From the NCBI GenBank assembly GCA_046757665.1, contig JBHHYO010000047.1, positions 1 to 22,004 of the forward strand: a stretch of DNA of 22,004 nt, given 5' to 3'. The position numbers and the translations under genes were made by a program. Below, one piece after another: positions 16,779 through 22,004 of this stretch; within the stretch, counting starts at the first letter, position 1, and every line of letters starts with the position of its first letter. The notes under the pieces were generated by a model. The model was not told where the DNA came from and made no database searches. It was given only the letters and a program-made list of their open reading frames with translations. The stretch comes from Nitrospinales bacterium (GTDB lineage Bacteria; Nitrospinota; Nitrospinia; Nitrospinales; JAJDAT01).

Positions 16779-17723
16779 TCACACCGGGACTTCCTGGTTT
16801 TCCACGATATCCAGGATAATGGGTGCGGTATCGGCGGCGCTACGTTTATGGGCGCCGTGGCGCGATTCGGGAATCACTCGATGGCATAATACGGGTGCGG
16901 CCAGTTGCTTGATGTCGTCGGGGATACAATACTCACGGCCGTGCAACAGCGCGCGCGCCCTGGCGGCTTGTTGCAGGATCAGGCCGCCGCGCGGACTGAC
17001 CCCCAACGACAGATGTTTGCAATGACGCGAGGCCGTGATGAGGCTCAAAATATAATCAGTTAAAACAGGCTCTATTTTAACCTGATCCACCTGGTTTTGC
17101 AGGTCGATGACATCGGATTTGTTCAGGACGGATTTTAACTCCCTTGCCGCCGGGCGGGTGGAGAAAGTGCGTAGCAGGCGGCGTTCGTCCGCCTCCGCCG
17201 GATATCCCATGGAAACGTAGATCATAAATCGGTCCATTTGCGATTCCGGAAGAGGAAAGGCGCCATGGCTCTCGATCGGGTTCTGCGTGGCGATGACCAT
17301 AAACGGCGGCTCCAGTGCATACGTAGTATTGTCTACGGTGACTTGATTCTCGTTCATGGCCTCCAGAAGCGCGCTCTGGGTGCGCGGCGAGGAGCGGTTG
17401 ATCTCGTCTGCCAGCACCAGGTTGGAAAATATCGGCCCCTTGTTGAAATGAAACAGGTTTTCCTTCTGGTTATAAATCGATACCCCCGTGATGTCCGTGG
17501 GCAGAATATCATTGGTGAACTGGATACGCTTGAACGACAGACTGAGGGATTGGGCAAGCGCGTAAGCAAGAGACGTCTTGCCGACTCCCGGAACATCTTC
17601 AATCAGCAAGTGCCCTCGGGCCAGCAAGGTAATGATAGCCAGTTCGATGGTCTCCGATTTGCCGATAATGACGGATTCAATGTTACGTTTCAGGGCTTCC
17701 AGGGTCTGATGGGTTGGTTTCAT
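16779..17723 (-). CDS. moxR: MoxR-family AAA+ ATPase
   Basis: HLLIEDVPGVGKT, RIQFT.D.LP.D, LADEINR...QSALLEAM, ATQNPIE and PLPESQMDRF. Confidence 0.95.
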   Translation of the reverse strand: MKPTHQTLEALKRNIESVIIGKSETIELAIITLLARGHLLIEDVPGVGKTSLAYALAQSLSLSFKRIQFTNDILPTDITGVSIYNQKENLFHFNKGPIFSNLVLADEINRSSPRTQSALLEAMNENQVTVDNTTYALEPPFMVIATQNPIESHGAFPLPESQMDRFMIYVSMGYPAEADERRLLRTFSTRPAARELKSVLNKSDVIDLQNQVDQVKIEPVLTDYILSLITASRHCKHLSLGVSPRGGLILQQAARARALLHGREYCIPDDIKQLAAPVLCHRVIPESRHGAHKRSAADTAPIILDIVENQEVPV

Positions 17724-17727
17724 GATA

Positions 17728-18441
17728 TCAACTCAACGCTCTCAATACTTTTTGCATATCGTCCATAATAGATTGCCGGTTTTCCAGCGTGTAAAACCTC
17801 AGCAAGTAGGCGGGATGAAAAGTCAGCATGAGTTTTATTCCTTCAAACTCATGCCATGTACCGCGTTCCCGAGTGATGGCGACCGTTCGTCCCAGTAACG
17901 TGGAAGCGGCCGGTTTTCCCAGGGCAACGATGACCTTGGGGCGGATTGCTTGCAGTTGTTGGACCAGAAAGGGCTTGCATGCGGCAATTTCATCTGCTTC
18001 CGGGTCCCGGTTGCCCGGCGGACGGCATTTGACGATATTGCAGATGTAAACGTCTTTTTCCCGGTTCAACTTCATTCCCTTTTCGATGATTTCCGTGAGT
18101 TTTTTCCCGGCGCGGCCGACGAAGGGAAGTCCTTGTACATCCTCATCCGCTCCAGGCCCTTCTCCCACGAAAACAAGGTCCGCCTCCGGATTGCCGGAAC
18201 CGAACACAATATTCTGCCTTCCCTCGCACAACTTGCAACGAGTGCAGTCTCCCAGTTCCTGTCTGACTTCGGCCAATGATTTTTTGGCGGTAGGAGAAGA
18301 GGTCACCGTTTTCCTCGGGGTTTGATTGGAGATTTGAAAATTCACTTCCAAGGGAATTTCATGGTAACCATAATCCCGAAGAAAAATAAGGTAGTTTTTG
18401 AGTTCTCTGAGTTGAGAAGGTCTCCGGAGCCCTTTCATCAT
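17728..18441 (-). CDS. Uracil-DNA glycosylase family 4 (Fe-S type)
   Basis: [34 protein letters not shown] and TFHPAYLLR. Confidence 0.93.
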   Translation of the reverse strand: MMKGLRRPSQLRELKNYLIFLRDYGYHEIPLEVNFQISNQTPRKTVTSSPTAKKSLAEVRQELGDCTRCKLCEGRQNIVFGSGNPEADLVFVGEGPGADEDVQGLPFVGRAGKKLTEIIEKGMKLNREKDVYICNIVKCRPPGNRDPEADEIAACKPFLVQQLQAIRPKVIVALGKPAASTLLGRTVAITRERGTWHEFEGIKLMLTFHPAYLLRFYTLENRQSIMDDMQKVLRALS

Positions 18442-18535
18442 TCATAAAGAATATCAAAAGCCCGGCGCGGTGACAATAACTATCCAATTTTAAATCCCTT
18501 ATTCTTGGACGAGAGGGGTTTTTGTGCAGAGGAGT

Positions 18536-18570
18536 AAAAAAAAGCCCCCAATGGACTTGCCATTGAGGGC
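18536..18570 (-). terminator. Rho-independent terminator after the porin gene
   Basis: GCCC-CAATGG / CCATTG-GGGC stem with an A-run on the + strand, giving a U-run on the minus transcript. Confidence 0.7.
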
Positions 18571-18600
18571 CTTGCCGTTAGCTGTTAAAGAGAAACGGAA

Positions 18601-19767
18601 TTAGAAGAAGAAGATAGCTTGTGCCGCCAAGGTGTTCTGAGTGTTGCTTTGATTGGCGCCATCGCGGTTGCCGAAAGCCAGCTTATCGGAGTGATCGTGA
18701 CGAAATTCCGCTCTGAACACAAAGTTTTTGGTTAACTGGGCTTCCGGGGTGAAGGTAAACGAATAAAGTTCCTGAGGTGTTCCGCTTCTAAACCCATCGT
18801 CGTCATTAAAAAATTCCCCGCGGAAACTGACGAAAAGCCATTTATTGATACCTTGGCGGAGAATGCCGGAAAATCCCCACCAGTTCGCATCATCGCCAAC
18901 AACAACCCCATTGGTCATACTGCCGTGAAGAACATCAATATTGAGGAGAGTGCTGTCGGTGAGTTCGACATTGATAACCATGTCGAAAAGATCCCGCCAG
19001 CCATCCGTTACACCGGCTGATTGCTCCAGCCCACCAACCCAGTTGGCATAGATCGAAACACCTGCAAACGGGGTCAGAGCCACCTGGGCGCCCCAAACTT
19101 TACCGGCGTTATCGTCGACCGAGGTGTCCCAACTGTTGGAGAGCATGGCGAGGACGCTGAGTTTATCATTAAAGGTATAGGAAGCTCTGATCCCGGTGTG
19201 TGTGAAAGGGCCATATTTAAAACCCCAGGATCTGGAAATGTTGTAGTTGAAACCGTCATACCCGTCCATGAGTTCAGTGCCGACGTGGGTGATGAATTTA
19301 CCGGCATCGATTACCAAGCCGTTGCCTATGGGAGCGTTGTAGGTAACATAACCCTGTTGCACGTCAAAATCCTCACGGTTAACACTAAACGTGCCTTGCC
19401 CGGGAACGGTTACATTTGGGTCCGGCGCCGACTTGTTGACATCGGGTTGGCTGAATCCAAAGGAAAGGTCGAACCGAAAACCGGCGTCGCCCGGTTCCGC
19501 ATCTTTTAAGAGTACCAGCTCACCGGCGTCGAACTTGAAAGTATTGTCGTCGGTATCGAAAACTCTTAAAGCGTTTGTTCGGTCAGAAGGGTTGTTCGTG
19601 TTGTAACTGTAGGATGAGGCGGCAAAGGCGTGTATTTCGATGTCTTTGAAAAACTCAAGATGTTCTTCAAGGTCATGTCCTATCCCGGCATGTGTCGCAT
19701 ACGCCTTCCCCGTCAAAAGGACAACCCCCATCAAGGTCAAAAGAAAATTTCTAAATAGCTTTTTCAT
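18601..19767 (-). CDS. Outer-membrane beta-barrel porin (BBP2-like)
   Basis: Signal peptide, GKFITHVG.E, NYNISRS, PFTHTGIRA, RAEFRHD and terminal Phe. Lies directly downstream of amtB. Confidence 0.85.
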   Translation of the reverse strand: MKKLFRNFLLTLMGVVLLTGKAYATHAGIGHDLEEHLEFFKDIEIHAFAASSYSYNTNNPSDRTNALRVFDTDDNTFKFDAGELVLLKDAEPGDAGFRFDLSFGFSQPDVNKSAPDPNVTVPGQGTFSVNREDFDVQQGYVTYNAPIGNGLVIDAGKFITHVGTELMDGYDGFNYNISRSWGFKYGPFTHTGIRASYTFNDKLSVLAMLSNSWDTSVDDNAGKVWGAQVALTPFAGVSIYANWVGGLEQSAGVTDGWRDLFDMVINVELTDSTLLNIDVLHGSMTNGVVVGDDANWWGFSGILRQGINKWLFVSFRGEFFNDDDGFRSGTPQELYSFTFTPEAQLTKNFVFRAEFRHDHSDKLAFGNRDGANQSNTQNTLAAQAIFFF

Positions 19768-19811
19768 CCTTCACCTTTCTTTCAGAGTCAACCGGTTTTT
19801 AATTCCCTGCG

Positions 19812-19840
19812 TTTATAAAGCATTAGTTTCGGAATGTCAA
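19812..19840 (-). promoter_or_regulatory. Putative internal sigma70 promoter for the porin
   Basis: TTGACA-17 bp-TATAAA on the minus strand. Confidence 0.55.
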
Positions 19841-19898
19841 AGGTTCATTGAAAAAAACGTTTGTTGTTTCAGCACACAAGGATTCCCTGGTTTCAACT

Positions 19899-21203
19899 TT
19901 AGGGAATGAAGCCGCGTTCGTCGTGGAGCGAGATATCCAGTCCTTCGGTTTCTTGCTCATCGTCAACACGTAGACCCATGACGCCGTCCAGTACTTTCAG
20001 AATAATGAAGCTACCGAGGCCGGAATAAATCAAGGTAGCGCTTACTCCAATGAACTGAACGCCGACTTGGCCGCCGATGCTGGTGATATCGCCTCCAAAA
20101 CCGGCTCCACCCAGATTCGGAGAGCAAAACACTCCTGTCAAGAGGGCTCCGATAATCCCGCCCACGGCATGAATGCCGAAGACATCGAGGGAGTCGTCGT
20201 AGCCGAAGGCGCGCTTAACCGTGGTGGAAGCGAGGAAACAACCGATCCCCGCCGCGACACCGATCATCAGGGCTCCCATGGGGCCAACGGCCCCCGAAGC
20301 CGGGGTGATGGCCACCAAACCCGCCACCGCGCCGGAGGCTATGCCCAAAACGCTGGGTTTGCCGTGGGAGATCCATTCGCTGAACATCCAGCTCAGCGCC
20401 GCCGCCGCCGTGGCGATTTGGGTCACCGCCATGGCCATGCCGGCAACGCCGTCTGCGGCCAGCTCGCTACCTGCGTTAAACCCGAACCAGCCCACCCACA
20501 ACATGGACGCGCCCATCACCGTATATCCGAGGTTGTGTGGCGGCATGAGCGTGGTAGGGAAACCCTTGCGCTTACCCAGGACTAACGCCGCCACCAGGCC
20601 GGCGATGCCGGCGTTGATGTGCACCACCGTGCCGCCGGCAAAATCCAGAATTCCCTTGCCCCCGAGCCAGCCGCCGCCGCCCCATACCCAGTGGGCCACC
20701 GGCGCGTAAATCACCGTAAGCCAAATGCCCATGAAAAGTAGCATCGACGAAAACTTCATGCGCTCGGCGAAAGCGCCCACAATCAGCGCGGGCGTAATAA
20801 TGGCGAAAGTCATTTGAAACGTCATGAATACGGTCTCGGGAATGGTGCCGCTAAGCGTATCGACACCGACTCCGGCCAGGAACATCTTGTCCCAGCCGCC
20901 CATGTAGGCTCCGTCGCCGCCAAAGGCAATGCTATAGGCCCACAGCGCCCACAGTATCGTCATGAGCGAAGTGATGGCGAAGCACTGCATCAACACCGAA
21001 AGCACGTTTTTACTGCGCACCATCCCGGCGTAAAATAACGACAGCCCCGGAATGGTCATAAACAGCACCAAGGCGGTGGCTGTCAGCATCCACGCCGTGT
21101 CGCCAGAATTGAGCGCCGGAGCGTCCGCCGCTTCGACCCCCGGCACAAGAAATAATATCTGCAAGAAAACACCGAGGAATAAGCTATGGGTTTTGATCTT
21201 CAT
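19899..21203 (-). CDS. amtB: Ammonium transporter
   Basis: GDTAWML, FQMTFAIIT, DFAGGTVVHINAG, GWFGFNAGS and DDSLDVFGIH (twin His). Start ATG 21203 with an AGGTGG RBS; the longer ORF-track start is spurious. Confidence 0.96.
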   Translation of the reverse strand: MKIKTHSLFLGVFLQILFLVPGVEAADAPALNSGDTAWMLTATALVLFMTIPGLSLFYAGMVRSKNVLSVLMQCFAITSLMTILWALWAYSIAFGGDGAYMGGWDKMFLAGVGVDTLSGTIPETVFMTFQMTFAIITPALIVGAFAERMKFSSMLLFMGIWLTVIYAPVAHWVWGGGGWLGGKGILDFAGGTVVHINAGIAGLVAALVLGKRKGFPTTLMPPHNLGYTVMGASMLWVGWFGFNAGSELAADGVAGMAMAVTQIATAAAALSWMFSEWISHGKPSVLGIASGAVAGLVAITPASGAVGPMGALMIGVAAGIGCFLASTTVKRAFGYDDSLDVFGIHAVGGIIGALLTGVFCSPNLGGAGFGGDITSIGGQVGVQFIGVSATLIYSGLGSFIILKVLDGVMGLRVDDEQETEGLDISLHDERGFIP

Positions 21204-21315
21204 AAACCACCTTTCATCGAATAAAGTGGATTGACGTTGCCCGCGAAACTGACGCTGTTTTTGTCTCGTTGACGAATGACTTGATTCGGAGCAAGGAGCG
21301 GCGGATGGTATGGAG

Positions 21316-21759
<444 letters not shown>

Positions 21760-21764
21760 TTAAC

Positions 21765-21780
21765 AGCAAAGAATATGCCA
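21765..21780 (-). promoter_or_regulatory. Sigma54 -24/-12 promoter
   Basis: TGGCAT-ATTCT-TTGCT on the minus strand. Confidence 0.85.
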
Positions 21781-21796
21781 TCGGGGAAAAAGAAAT

Positions 21797-21809
21797 TAAG
21801 CAATTGATT
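21797..21809 (-). promoter_or_regulatory. IHF binding site
   Basis: AATCAATTGCTTA matches WATCAANNNNTTR and lies between promoter and enhancer. Confidence 0.7.
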
Positions 21810-21854
21810 TATAAAGTGAAACCAATTTCCCCGAATTGCCGGGCCAAATTTGAA

Positions 21855-21902
21855 CGCCTGAAAATAGTGCAGACACACTAAGGGTTGCACGGTTTTTAGG
21901 CA
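21855..21902. promoter_or_regulatory. Two NtrC-type enhancer boxes
   Basis: CGCCTGAAAATAGTGCA (21855-21871) and TGCACGGTTTTTAGGCA (21886-21902), 31 bp apart. Confidence 0.7.
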
Positions 21903-21957
21903 CGGAATTAAATTTAAGGTTAAGAGATACGGCCGTGAAAATCCGCTTTTGGCCAAT

Positions 21958-21988
21958 AAAAAACCCCCTGGAGCCTCCCAGGGGGTTT
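21958..21988 (-). terminator. Terminator, probably of an upstream gene outside the window
   Basis: AAACCCCCTGG / CCAGGGGGTTT stem with an A-run on its left. Confidence 0.7.
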
Positions 21989-22004
21989 CGAGGTGTATAG
22001 CGGA

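Noticed and set aside
21204-21315. Three TGACG words between glnK and amtB as an RNA element or operator
   Set aside because: No convincing stem or known motif.

Overview
A bacterial chromosomal segment of mostly housekeeping genes. The gene set suggests a nitrogen-cycling chemolithotroph, possibly Nitrospinota, but this is inference only. Left to right: (1) the 5' part and terminal IR of an IS5-family element, absent from the ORF track. (2) A minus-strand operon of uncharacterised genes: DUF5685-like protein with DDxxD motifs, zinc-ribbon/Cys-tail protein, DedA, membrane J-domain protein. (3) A GT2 glycosyltransferase, a His-containing membrane/double-DUF1858 protein, TfoX-N, ftsB-like, HU/IHF and queA. 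(4) A stand-alone tetraheme cytochrome c554-like gene with an atypical CX3CH motif, followed by a ~170-bp MITE-like element carrying a REP-like hairpin. (5) ugd, a GcvR-like ACT gene plus def, a small Cys-rich ORF with a palindrome in its promoter, and a receiver/cNMP-domain pair. (6) A UDG-MoxR-DUF58-SLOG operon interrupted by an AT-rich insert containing a membrane protein and a GIY-YIG gene bracketed by REP-like repeats. (7) glnK-amtB-porin with a sigma54/IHF/NtrC-type promoter. The best candidates for undescribed systems are the REP-flanked GIY-YIG module, the DUF5685 operon and the variant c554.
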